DNA of 64,000 nt from positions 1 to 64,000 of the forward strand of contig JAUCBJ010006746.1 of NCBI GenBank assembly GCA_032718475.1, read 5' to 3'. Under the pieces are notes generated by a model. The model saw only the letters and a list, made by a program, of their open reading frames with translations. It was not told the origin of the DNA and searched no databases. Every line of letters starts with the position of its first letter. Position 1 is the stretch's first letter. A program made the position numbers and the translations under genes. Shown piece after piece: positions 35,400-49,200 of the stretch. The stretch comes from Nemertoderma westbladi. Its lineage: Eukaryota > Animalia > Xenacoelomorpha.

Positions 35400-35665
35400 A
35401 GTTATATTATACGCTAGTATCGGTGCCACTCATAAAGGAAGCACTACACGTGCGACTCGAAGTGCTCCAACAGTCTGTCCACTACTTCTAGTGAAGGTAT
35501 CACGCATTGGTAACTATTAGTTAGGCGATAGGAGCACTTGTCCAAATAACATTCCACATTACATAAATATATAACTTTCGTTTGGCACCGCTTTACAAAG
35601 TCGGCAATGACGTCCAGGTGGGATCGAACTGGTGCCCTCCAGGTTGAAAGTCTGATGCTCTACAA
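35400..35665 (-). mobile_element. tRNA-derived SINE remnant or tRNA pseudogene (tRNA-Lys-like head, 5'-truncated)
   Basis: Minus-strand GTAGAGCATCAGACTTTCAACCTGGAGGGCACCAGTTCGATCCC at 35608-35665. The extent of the body is approximate. Confidence 0.5.
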
Positions 35666-37209
35666 TTCTTACAAATTATAAAAACATTACATAATAGAAC
35701 TCTGAATAAATGGCGGTATTGCTGGAGATAAGTTTATTTTTTGGTAAGATATTAAATAGTTAAAGGGAATGAACAAAGAATTGTTAACATTTCAAAGAAT
35801 ATAAAAACATTGACGGTGTATCAGTAACCACGACTGAAGAGTATTATATTATTTATAAAAAGGTGAATGAATAATGTATCACATAATATTTAGATTTGGA
35901 GTATAAAATGAATTCTACCTAACTGTCTAATAAAATAAGAAAGAAATAGTCGATCCATTCTAGGTCTAAAAGTATTGTGTCTAGGTTAAACTGTGTTTAT
36001 TTTTTAGCTTCGTGATGAGGATGTACTATCGAATACATAACGAAATAATGTCAAAAAAAAATAATAAATTAACAATAAAAATTCATATAAATGTTTTTAA
36101 TTTATTTTTCAGCAGTAAATCAATACTTCATATGTACAGTTATCATTGTTATCAGTTATCATTTTACTGTAAAATTCACTCGAGGATAAAGAAAACACAA
36201 AATATTACACAAATGAACTATAAGAACATGCACCATAAGGTCTTACTAAGAGAAGAACATTGAAGACTGCGGCACTGCGCGTTATCGAAAAAACAAACAC
36301 TAATAAAAGGATAAATTATGTTATTATTAAATAAGATTAATTTATATAAATAAAAAAAGTAATGCAGTTGTATATATTCTAATAAACTAAATCAATGATA
36401 AATCGATTGTGTAAAAAAATGAAATAAATATTTAAAGCAAATTAAGTCAACATTGGTTGACAATTGGTTGTCAATGGTAGCACGTTTCTAAAATATAAAA
36501 CAAAAAGCGTAGGCCTTGGTTGTAACATAAAGTAAGATTGCAGAGACGACCTCCAATATCGCTTATTAATAGGCCCAGAGCTATAAAAATCTATATGGCC
36601 CTGAAACTTTCAATCCGCCGGGTTTAGCACTGTCCGCAAGGGAAGTAAAGCCACTCCACTCGGACAATTTACACAACATGATGTAAATAATTAATCTGTA
36701 TTGAGAATCAATGTCTGGCACAAAGAGTCCAAAGCATAATACGAAGCCGTAACACCGTAACAACAATGAGAGAACTAATAGATGTTCGATTTGTTTTGAG
36801 TATAACTGGCCAGAAATACACCTAAGACATTATTCACAGAGTCAATGACCTCTAGGACAGTGATCCGGGACATCTTGACCTCGCAAATTAAAATAATATT
36901 TATAGTCAGTGACCTTTAGGACATTGCCCTGGCTACCTTTTCACCCCACCAATGAGCACTTTGCTGATAAAGTTTACTATCGCCGTAGAGGGCTGTTCGC
37001 TATCCATCTCCGCGAATACGTGGCACTCATTCACCGTAAACGACCCGAATTTACGAGCAACGAAACCAAAAATTCTGAAAAAAAAATAAGAAAAATCGCA
37101 TTAATTGATGAGAAAACTATAAACTGAGCTATCTGGGTCACCCAAACTCATCCTAAACTCTTTGTTTTCGTTGTAAAATATTGGCAACGTAACATTGCCA
37201 AACCCAGTG

Positions 37210-40200
37210 CCTCCCTGCCTTAACAACGCTCTCTGTATCATCCTATTGTTACTTACTTAGCCTCCCTAACAACGCTGCCTGTAGCATCCTATTGTTACTT
37301 ACTTAGCCTCCCTAACAGCGCTCCATGTAGCATCCTATTGTTACTTACTTAGCCTCCCTAACAACGCTCCATGTAGCATCCTATTGTTACTTACTTAGCC
37401 TCCCTAACAACGCTCCATGTAGCATCCCATTGTTACTTACTTAGCCTCCCTAACAACGCTCCATGTAGCATCCCATTGTTACTTACTTAGCATCCCTAAC
37501 AACGCTCTATGTAGCATCTTATTGTTACTTACTTAGCCTCCCTAACAACGCTCTCTGTAGCATCCTATTGTTACTTACTTAGCCTCCCTAACAACGCTCA
37601 CTGTAGCATCCTATTGTTACTTACTTAGCCTCCCTAACAACGCTCTCTGTAGCATCCTATTGTTACTTACTTAGCCTCCCTAACAACGCTCCATGTAGCA
37701 TCATATTGTTACTTACTTAGCCTCCCTAACAACGCTCCATGTAGCATCCTATTGTTACTTACTTAGCCTCCCTAACAACGCTCTCTGTAGCATCCTATTG
37801 TTACTTACTTAGCCTCCCTAACAACGCTCTCTGTATCATCCTATTGTTACTTACTTAGCCTCCCTAACAACGCTCCATGTAGCATCATATTGTTACTTAC
37901 TTAGCCTCCCTAACAACGCTCCATGTAGCATCCTATTGTTACTTACTTAGCCTCCCTAACAACGCTCCCTGTAGCATCCTATTGTTACTTACTTAGCCTC
38001 CCTAACAATGCTCCATGTAGCATCCTATTGTTACTTACTTAGCCTCCCTAACAACGCTCTCTGTATCATCCTATTGTTACTTACTTAGCCTCCCTAACAA
38101 CGCTCCATGTAGCATCATATTGTTACTTACTTAGCCTCCCTAACAACGCTCCATGTAGCATCCTATTGTTACATACTTAGCCTCCCTAACAACGCTCCCT
38201 GTAGCATCCTATTGTTACTTACTTAGCCTCCCTAACAATGCTCCATGTAGCATCCTATTGTTACTTACTTAGCCTCCCTAACAACGCTCCATGTAGCATC
38301 CTATTGTTACTTACTTAGCCTCCCTAACAACGCTCCCTGTAGCATCCTATTGTTACTTACTTAGCCTCCCTAACAACGCTCCCTGTAGCATCCTATTGTT
38401 ACTTACTTAGCCTCCCTAACAACGCTCTCTGTAGCATCCTAATGTTACTTACTTAGCCTCCCTAACAACGCTCTCTGTAGCATCCTAATGTTACTTACTT
38501 AGCCTCCCTAACAACGCTCCATGTAGCATCCTATTGTTACTTACTTAGCCTCCCTAACAACGCTCCATGTATCATCCTATTGTTACTTACTTAGCCTCCC
38601 TAACAACGCTCCATGTAGCATCCTATTGTTACTTACTTAGCCTCCCTAACAACGCTCCATGTAGCATCCCATTGTTACTTACTTAGCCTCCCTAACAACG
38701 CTCCATGTAGCATCCTATTGTTACTTACTTAGCCTCCCTAACAACGCTCTCTGTAGCATCCTATTGTTACTTACTTAGCCTCCCTAACAACGCTCTCTGT
38801 ATCATCCTATTGTTACTTACTTAGCCTCCCTAACAACGCTCCATGTAGCATCATATTGTTACTTACTTAGCCTCCCTAACAACGCTCCATGTAGCATCCT
38901 ATTGTTACTTACTTAGCCTCCCTAACAACGCTCCCTGTAGCATCCTATTGTTACTTACTTAGCCTCCCTAACAATGCTCCATGTAGCATCCTATTGTTAC
39001 TTACTTAGCCTCCCTAACAACGCTCTCTGTATCATCCTATTGTTACTTACTTAGCCTCCCTAACAACGCTCCATGTAGCATCATATTGTTACTTACTTAG
39101 CCTCCCTAACAACGCTCCATGTAGCATCCTATTGTTACTTACTTAGCCTCCCTAACAACGCTCCCTGTAGCATCCTATTGTTACTTACTTAGCCTCCCTA
39201 ACAATGCTCCATGTAGCATCCTATTGTTACTTACTTAGCCTCCCTAACAACGCTCCATGTAGCATCCTATTGTTACTTACTTAGCCTCCCTAACAACGCT
39301 CCCTGTAGCATCCTATTGTTACTTACTTAGCCTCCCTAACAACGCTCTCTGTAGCATCCTAATGTTACTTACTTAGCCTCCCTAACAACGCTCCATGTAG
39401 CATCCTATTGTTACTTACTTAGCCTCCCTAACAACGCTCCATGTAGCATCCTATTGTTACTTACTTAGCCTCCTTAACAACGCTCCCTGTAGCATCCTAT
39501 TGTTACTTACTTAGCCTCCCTAACAACGCTCCATGTAGCATCCTATTGTTACTTACTTAGCATCCCTAACAACGCTCTCTGTATCATCCTATTGTTACTT
39601 ACTTAGCCTCCCTAACAACGCTCCCTGTAGCATCCTATTGTTACTTACTTAGCCTCCCTAACAACGCTCTCTGTAGCATCCTAATGTTACTTACTTAGCC
39701 TCCCTAACAACGCTCCATGTAGCATCCTATTGTTACTTACTTAGCCTCCCTAACAACGCTCCATGTAGCATCCTATTGTTACTTACTTAGCCTCCTTAAC
39801 AACGCTCCCTGTAGCATCCTATTGTTACTTACTTAGCCTCCCTAACAACGCTCCATGTAGCATCCTATTGTTACTTACTTAGCATCCCTAACAACGCTCT
39901 CTGTATCATCCTATTGTTACTTACTTAGCCTCCCTAACAACGCTCCCTGTAGCATCCTATTGTTACTTACTTAGCCTCCCTAACAACGCTCTCTGTAGCA
40001 TCCTAATGTTACTTACTTAGCCTCCCTAACAACGCTCCATGTAGCATCCTATTGTTACTTACTTAGCCTCCCTAACAACGCTCCATGTAGCATCCTATTG
40101 TTACTTACTTAGCCTCCCTAACAACGCTCCATGTAGCATCCTATTGTTACTTACTTAGCCTCCCTAACAACGCTCTCTGTATCATCCTATTGTTACTTAC

Positions 40201-43200
40201 TTAGCCTCCTTAACAACGCTCCATGTAGCATCCTATTGTTACTTACTTAACCTCCCTAACAACGCTCCATGTAGCATCCTATTGTTACTTACTTAGCCTC
40301 CCTAACAACGCTCTATGTAGCATCCTATTGTTACTTACTTAGCCTCCCTAACAACGCTCCATGTAGCATCCTATTGTTACTTACTTAGCCTCCCTAACAA
40401 CGCTCTATGTAGCATCCTATTGTTACTTACTTAGCCTCCCTAACAACGCTCCATGTAGCATCCTATTGTTACTTACTTAGCCTCTCTAACAACGCTCCAT
40501 GTAGCATCCTATTGTTACTTACTTAGCATCCCTAACAACGCTCTATGTAGCATCTTATTGTTACTTACTTAGCCTCCCTAACAACGCTCCATGTAGCATC
40601 CCATTGTTACTTACTTAGCCTCCCTAACAACGCTCCATGTAGCATCCTATTGTTACTTACTTAGCCTCCCTAACAACGCTCACTGTAGCATCCTATTGTT
40701 ACTTACTTAGCCTCCCTAACAACGCTCCATGTAACATCCTATTGTTACTTACTTAGCCTCCCTAACAACGCTCCATGTAGCAGCCTATTGTTACTTACTT
40801 AGCCTCCCTAACAACGCTCTCTTTATCATCCTATTGTTACTTACTTAGCCTCCCTAACAACGCTATCTATAGCATCCTATTGTTACTTACTTAGCCTCCC
40901 TAACAACGCTCCATGTAGCATCCTATTGTTACTTACTTAGCCTCCCTAACAACGCTCTCTTTATCATCCTATTGTTACTTACTTAGCCTCCCTAACAACG
41001 CTCTCTGTATCATCCTATTGTTACTTACTTAGCCTCCCTAACAACGCTCCATGTAGCATCCTATTGTTACTTACTTAGCCTCCCTAACAACGCTCACTGT
41101 AGCATCCTATTGTTACTTACTTAGCCTCCCTCACAACGCTCTCTGTAACATCCTATTGTTACTTACTTAGCCTCCCTAACAACGCTCTCTGTAGCATCCT
41201 ATTGTTACTTACTTAGCCTCCCTAACAACGCTCCATGTAGCATCCTATTGTTACTTACTTAGCCTCCCTAACAACGCTATCTATAGCATCCTATTGTTAC
41301 TTACTTAGCCTCCCTAACAACGCTCCATGTAGCATCCTATTGTTACTTACTTAGCCTCCCTCACAACGCTCCATGTAGCATCCTATTGTTACTTACTTAG
41401 CCTCCCTAACAACGCTCTCTGTATCATCCTATTGTTACTTACTTAGCCTCCCTAACAACGCTATCTATAGCATCCTATTGTTACTTACTTAGCCTCCCTA
41501 ACAACGCTCCATGTAGCATCCTATTGTTACTTACTTAGCCTCCCTCACAACGCTCTCTGTATCATCCTATTGTTACTTACTTAGCCTCCCAAACAACGCT
41601 CTCTTTATCATCCTATTGTTACTTACTTAGCCTCCCTAACAACGCTCTCTGTATCATCCTATTGTTACTTACTTAGCCTCCCTCACAACGCTCTCTGTAA
41701 CATCCTATTGTTACTTACTTAGCCTCCCTAACAACGCTCTCTGTAGCATCCTATTGTTACTTACTTAGCCTCCCTAACAACGCTCCATGTAGCATCCTAT
41801 TGTTACTTACTTAGCCTCCCTAACAACGCTATCTATAGCATCCTATTGTTACTTACTTAGCCTCCCTAACAACGCTCCATGTAGCATCCTATTGTTACTT
41901 ACTTAGCCTCCCTAACAACGCTCTCTGTATCATCCTATTGTTACTTACTTAGCCTCCCTAACAACGCTCCATGTAGCATCCTATTGTTACTTACTTAGCC
42001 TCCCTAACAACGCTCTCTGTATCATCCTATTGTTACTTACTTAGCCTCCCTAACAACGCCCCATGTAGCATCCTATTGTTACTTACTTAGCCTCCCTAAC
42101 AACGCTCTCTGTAACATCCTATTGTTACTTACTTAGCCTCCCTAACAACGCTCTCTGTAGCATCCTATTGTTACTTACTTAGCCTCCCTAACAACGCTCC
42201 ATGTAGCATCCTATTGTTACTTACTTAGCCTCCCTCACAACGCTCTCTGTAACATCCTATTGTTACTTACTTATCCTCCCTAACAACGCTCTCTGTAGCA
42301 TCCTATTGTTACTTACTTAGCCTCCCTAACAACGCTCCATGTAGCATCCTATTGTTACTTACTTAGCCTCCCTAACAACGCTATCTGTAGCATCCTATTG
42401 TTACTTACTTAGCCTCCCTAACAACGCTCCATGTAGCATCCTATTGTTACTTACTTAGCCTCCCTAACAACGCTCCATGTAGCATCCTATTGTTACTTAT
42501 TTAGCCTCCCTAACAACGCTCCATGTAGCATCCTATTGTTACTTACTTAACCTCCCTAACAACGCTCCATGTAGCATCCTATTGTTACTTACTTAGCCTC
42601 CCTAACAACGCTCCCTGTAACATCCTATTGTTACTTACTTAGCCTCCCTAACAACGCTCTCTGTATCATCCTATTGTTACTTATTTAGCCTCCCTAACAA
42701 CGCTCCATGTAGCATCCTATTGTTACTTACTTAGCATCCCTAACAACGCTCCATGTAGCATCCTATTGTTACTTATTTAGCATCCCTAACAACGCTCTAT
42801 GTAGCATCTTATTGTTACTTACTTAGCCTCCCTAACAACGCTCCATGTAGCATCCTATTGTTACTTACTTAGCATCCCTAACAACGCTCTATGTAGCATC
42901 TTATTGTTACTTACTTAGCCTCCCTAACAACGCTCCATGTAGCATCCTATTGTTACTTACTTAGCATCCCTAACAACGCTCTATGTAGCATCTTATTGTT
43001 ACTTACTTAGCCTCCCTAACAACGCTCTCTGTAGCATCCTATTGTTACTTACTTAGCCTCCCTAACAACGCTCTCTGTATCATCCTATTGTTACTTACTT
43101 AGCCTCCCTAACAACGCTCCATGTAGCATCCTATTGTTACTTACTTAGCATCCCTAACAACGCTCTATGTAGCATCTTATTGTTACTTACTTAGCCTCCC

Positions 43201-46200
43201 TAACAACGCTCCATGTAGCATCCTATTGTTACTTACTTAACCTCCCTAACAACGCTCCATGTAGCATCCTATTGTTACTTACTTAGCATCCCTAACAACG
43301 CTCTATGTAGCATCTTATTGTTACTTACTTAGCCTCCCTAACAACGCTCCATGTAGCATCCTATTGTTACTTACTTAGCATCCCTAACAACGCTCTATGT
43401 AGCATCTTATTGTTACTTACTTAGCCTCCCTAACAACGCTCCATGTAGCATCCTATTGTTACTTACTTAGCCTCCCTAACAACGCTCCATGTAGCATCCT
43501 ATTGTTACTTATTTAGCCTCCCTAACAACGCTCCATGTAGCATCCTATTGTTACTTACTTAACCTCCCTAACAACGCTCCATGTAGCATCATATTGTTAC
43601 TTACTTAGCCTCCCTAACAACGCTCTCTGTAGCATCCTATTGTTACTTACTTAGCCTCCCTAACAACGCTCTCTGTAGCATCCTATTGTTATTTACTTAG
43701 CCTCCCTAACAACGCTCCATGTAGCATCCCATTGTTACTTACTTAGCCTCCCTAACAACGCTCTCTGTATCATCTTATTGTTACTTACTTAGCCTCCCTA
43801 ACAACGCTCCATGTAGCATCCTATTGTCACTTACTTAGCCTCCCTAACAACGCTCTCTGTATCATCCTATTGTCACTTACTTAGCCTCCCTAACAACGCT
43901 CTCTGTATCATCCTATTGTTACTTACTTAGCATCCCTAACAACGCTCTATGTAGCATCTTATTGTTACTTACTTAGCCTCCCTAACAACGCTCCATGTAG
44001 CATCCTATTGTTACTTACTTAGCCTCCCTAACAACGCTTTCTGTAACATCCTATTGTTACTTACTTAGCATCCCTAACAACGCTCTATGTAGCATCTTAT
44101 TGTTACTTACTTAGCCTCCCTAACAACGCTCCATGTAGCATCCTATTGTTACTTACTTAGCATCCCTAACAACGCTCTATGTAGCATCTTATTGTTACTT
44201 ACTTAGCCTCCCTAACAACGCTCCATGTAGCATCCTATTGTTACTTACTTAGCCTCCCTAACAACGCTCCATGTAACATCCTATTGTTACTTACTTAGCC
44301 TCCCTAACAACGCTCCATGTAGCAGCCTATTGTTACTTACTTAGCCTCCCTAACAACGCTCCATGTAACATCCTATTGTTACTTACTTAGCCTCCCTAAC
44401 AACGCTCCATGTAGCAGCCTATTGTTACTTACTTAGCCTCCCTAACAACGCTCTCTTTATCATCCTATTGTTACTTACTTAGCCTCCCTAACAACGCTCT
44501 CTGTATCATCCTATTGTTACTTACTTAGCCTCCCTCACAACGCTCTCTGTAACATCCTATTGTTACTTACTTAGCCTCCCTAACAACGCTCTCTGTAGCA
44601 TCCTATTGTTACTTACTTAGCCTCCCTAACAACGCTCCATGTAGCATCCTATTGTTACTTACTTAGCCTCCCTAACAACGCTATCTATAGCATCCTATTG
44701 TTACTTACTTAGCCTCCCTAACAACGCTCCATGTAGCATCCTATTGTTACTTACTTAGCCTCCCTAACAACGCTATCTATAGCATCCTATTGTTACTTAC
44801 TTAGCCTCCCTAACAACGCTCTCTGTATCATCCTATTGTTACTTACTTAGCCTCCCTCACAACGCTCTCTGTAACATCCTATTGTTACTTACTTAGCCTC
44901 CCTAACAACGCTCTCTGTAGCATCCTATTGTTACTTACTTAGCCTCCCTAACAACGCTCCATGTAGCATCCTATTGTTACTTACTTAGCCTCCCTAACAA
45001 CGCTATCTATAGCATCCTATTGTTACTTACTTAGCATCCCTAACAACGCTCTATGTAGCATCTTATTGTTACTTACTTAGCCTCCCTAACAACGCTCCAT
45101 GTAGCATCCTATTGTTACTTACTTAGCCTCCCTCACAACGCTCTCTGTAACATCCTATTGTTACTTACTTAGCCTCCCTAACAACGCTCTCTGTAGCATC
45201 CTATTGTTACTTACTTAGCCTCCCTAACAACGCTCCATGTAGCATCCTATTGTTACTTACTTAGCCTCCCTCACAACGCTCTCTGTAACATCCTATTGTT
45301 ACTTACTTATCCTCCCTAACAACGCTCTCTGTAGCATCCTATTGTTACTTACTTAGCCTCCCTAACAACGCTCCATGTAGCATCCTATTGTTACTTACTT
45401 AGCCTCCCTAACAACGCTATCTGTAGCATCCTATTGTTACTTACTTACCCTCCCTAACAACGCTCCATGTAGCATCCTATTGTTACTTACTTAGCCTCCC
45501 TAACAACGCTCCATGTAGCATCCTATTGTTACTTATTTAGCCTCCCTAACAACGCTCCATGTAGCATCCTATTGTTACTTACTTAACCTCCCTAACAACG
45601 CTCCATGTAGCATCCTATTGTTACTTACTTAGCCTCCCTAACAACGCTCCCTGTAACATCCTATTGTTACTTACTTAGCCTCCCTAACAACGCTCTCTGT
45701 ATCATCCTATTGTTACTTATTTAGCCTCCCTAACAACGCTCCATGTAGCATCCTATTGTTACTTACTTAGCATCCCTAACAACGCTCCATGTAGCATCCT
45801 ATTGTTACTTATTTAGCATCCCTAACAACGCTCTATGTAGCATCTTATTGTTACTTACTTAGCCTCCCTAACAACGCTCCATGTAGCATCCTATTGTTAC
45901 TTACTTAGCATCCCTAACAACGCTCTATGTAGCATCTTATTGTTACTTACTTAGCCTCCCTAACAACGCTCCATGTAGCATCCTATTGTTACTTACTTAG
46001 CATCCCTAACAACGCTCTATGTAGCATCTTATTGTTACTTACTTAGCCTCCCTAACAACGCTCCATGTAGCATCCTATTGTTACTTACTTAGCATCCCTA
46101 ACAACGCTCTATGTAGCATCTTATTGTTACTTACTTAGCCTCCCTAACAACGCTCCATGTAGCATCCTATTGTTACTTACTTAACCTCCCTAACAACGCT

Positions 46201-49200
46201 CCATGTAGCATCCTATTGTTACTTACTTAGCATCCCTAACAACGCTCTATGTAGCATCTTATTGTTACTTACTTAGCCTCCCTAACAACGCTCCATGTAG
46301 CATCTTATTGTTACTTACTTAGCCTCCCTAACAACGCTCCATGTAGCATCCTATTGTTACTTACTTAACCTCCCTAACAACGCTCCATGTAGCATCCTAT
46401 TGTTACTTACTTAGCATCCCTAACAACGCTCTATGTAGCATCCTATTGTTACTTACTTAGCATCCCTAACAACGCTCTATGTAGCATCTTATTGTTACTT
46501 ACTTAGCCTCCCTAACAACGCTCCATGTAGCATCCTATTGTTACTTACTTAACCTCCCTAACAACGCCCCATGTAGCATCCTATTGTTACTTACTTAGCA
46601 TCCCTAACAACGCTCTCTGTAGCATCCTATTGTTACTTACTTAGCCTCCCTAACAACGCTCTCTGTAGCATCCTATTGTTACTTTCTTAGCTTCCCTAAC
46701 AACGCTCTATGTAGCATCTTATTGTTACTTACTTAGCCTCCCTAACAACGCTCCATGTAGCATCCTATTGTTACTTACTTAGCATCCCTAACAACGCTCT
46801 ATGTAGCATCTTATTGTTACTTACTTAGCCTCCCTAACAACGCTCCATGTAGCATCCTATTGTTACTTACTTAGCCTCCCTAACAACGCTCCATGTAGCA
46901 TCCTATTGTTACTTACTAGCCTCCCTAACAACGCTCCATGTAGCATCCTATTGTTACTTACTTAACCTCCCTAACAACGCTCCATGTAGCATCATATTGT
47001 TACTTACTTAGCCTCCCTAACAACGCTCTCTGTAGCATCCTATTGTTACTTACTTAGCCTCCCTAACAACGCTCTCTGTAGCATCCTATTGTTATTTACT
47101 TAGCCTCCCTAACAACGCTCCATGTAGCATCCCATTGTTACTTACTTAGCCTCCCTAACAACGCTCCATGTAGCATCCTATTGTTACTTACTTAGCCTCC
47201 CTAACAACGCTCTCTGTATCATCTTATTGTTACTTACTTAGCCTCCCTAACAACGCTCCATGTAGCATCCTATTGTCACTTACTTAGCCTCCCTAACAAC
47301 GCTCTCTGTATCATCCTATTGTCACTTACTTAGCCTCCCTAACAACGCTCTCTGTATCATCCTATTGTTACTTACTTAGCATCCCTAACAACGCTCTATG
47401 TAGCATCTTATTGTTACTTACTTAGCCTCCCTAACAACGCTCCATGTAGCATCCTATTGTTACTTACTTAGCCTCCCTAACAACGCTTTCTGTAACATCC
47501 TATTGTTACTTACTTAGCATCCCTAACAACGCTCTATGTAGCATCTTATTGTTACTTACTTAGCCTCCCTAACAACGCTCCATGTAGCATCCTATTGTTA
47601 CTTACTTAGCATCCCTAACAACGCTCTATGTAGCATCTTATTGTTACTTACTTAGCCTCCCTAACAACGCTCCATGTAGCATCCTATTGTTACTTTCTTA
47701 GCATCCCTAACAACGCTCTATGTAGCATCTTATTGTTACTTACTTAGCCTCCCTAACAACGCTCTCTTTATCATCCTATTGTTACTTACTTAGCCTCCCT
47801 AACAACGCTATCTGTATCATGCTATTGTTACTTACTTAGCCTCCCTAACAACGCTCCATGTAGCAGCCTATTGTTACTTACTTAGCCTCCCTAACAACGC
47901 TCTCTTTATCATCCTATTGTTACTTACTTAGCCTCCCTAACAACGCTCCATGTAGCATCCTATTGTTACTTACTTAGCCTCCCTAACAACGCTCTCTGTA
48001 GCATCCTATTGTTACTTACTTAGCCTCCCTAACAACGCTCTCTGTATCATCCTATTGTTACTTACTTAGCCTCCCTAACAACGCTCTCTGTAGCATCCTA
48101 TTGTTACTTACTTAGCCTCCCTAACAACGCTCTCTGTATCATCCTATTGTTACTTACTTAGCCTCCCTCACAACGCTCTCTGTAACATCCTATTGTTACT
48201 TACTTAGCCTCCCTAAAAACGCTCTCTGTAGCATCCTATTGTTACTTACTTAGCCTCCCTAACAACGCTCCATGTAGCATCCTATTGTTACTTACTTAGC
48301 CTCCCTAACAACGCTATCTATAGCATCCTATTGTTACTTACTTAGCCTCCCTAACAACGCTCCATGTAGCATCCTATTGTTACTTACTTAGCCTCCCTCA
48401 CAACGCTCTCTGTAACATCCTATTGTTACTTACTTAGCCTCCCTAACAACGCTCTCTGTAGCATCCTATTGTTACTTACTTAGCCTCCCTAACAACGCTC
48501 CATGTAGCATCCTATTGTTACTTACTTAGCCTCCCTCACAACGCTCTCTGTAACATCCTATTGTTACTTACTTAGCCTCCCTAACAACGCTCTCTGTAGC
48601 ATCCTATTGTTACTTACTTAGCCTCCCTAACAACGCTCCATGTAGCATCCTATTGTTACTTACTTAGCCTCCCTAACAACGCTATCTGTAGCATCCTATT
48701 GTTACTTACTTAGCCTCCCTAACAACGCTCCATGTAGCATCCTATTGTTACTTACTTAGCCTCCCTAACAACGCTCCATGTAGCATCCTATTGTTACTTA
48801 TTTAGCCTCCCTAACAACGCTCCATGTAGCATCCTATTGTTACTTACTTAACCTCCCTAACAACGCTCCATGTAGCATCCTATTGTTACTTACTTAGCCT
48901 CCCTAACAACGCTCCCTGTAACATCCTATTGTTACTTACTTAGCCTCCCTAACAACGCTCTCTGTATCATCCTATTGTTACTTATTTAGCCTCCCTAACA
49001 ACGCTCCATGTAGCATCCTATTGTTACTTACTTAGCATCCCTAACAACGCTCCATGTAGCATCCTATTGTTACTTATTTAGCATCCCTAACAACGCTCTA
49101 TGTAGCATCTTATTGTTACTTACTTAGCCTCCCTAACAACGCTCCATGTAGCATCCTATTGTTACTTACTTAGCATCCCTAACAACGCTCTATGTAGCAT

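Noticed and set aside
34477-35665. Functional tRNA genes (two tRNA-like heads)
   Set aside because: Acceptor and anticodon stems are broken or truncated and there is no clear poly-T terminator; treated as SINE heads or pseudogenes.
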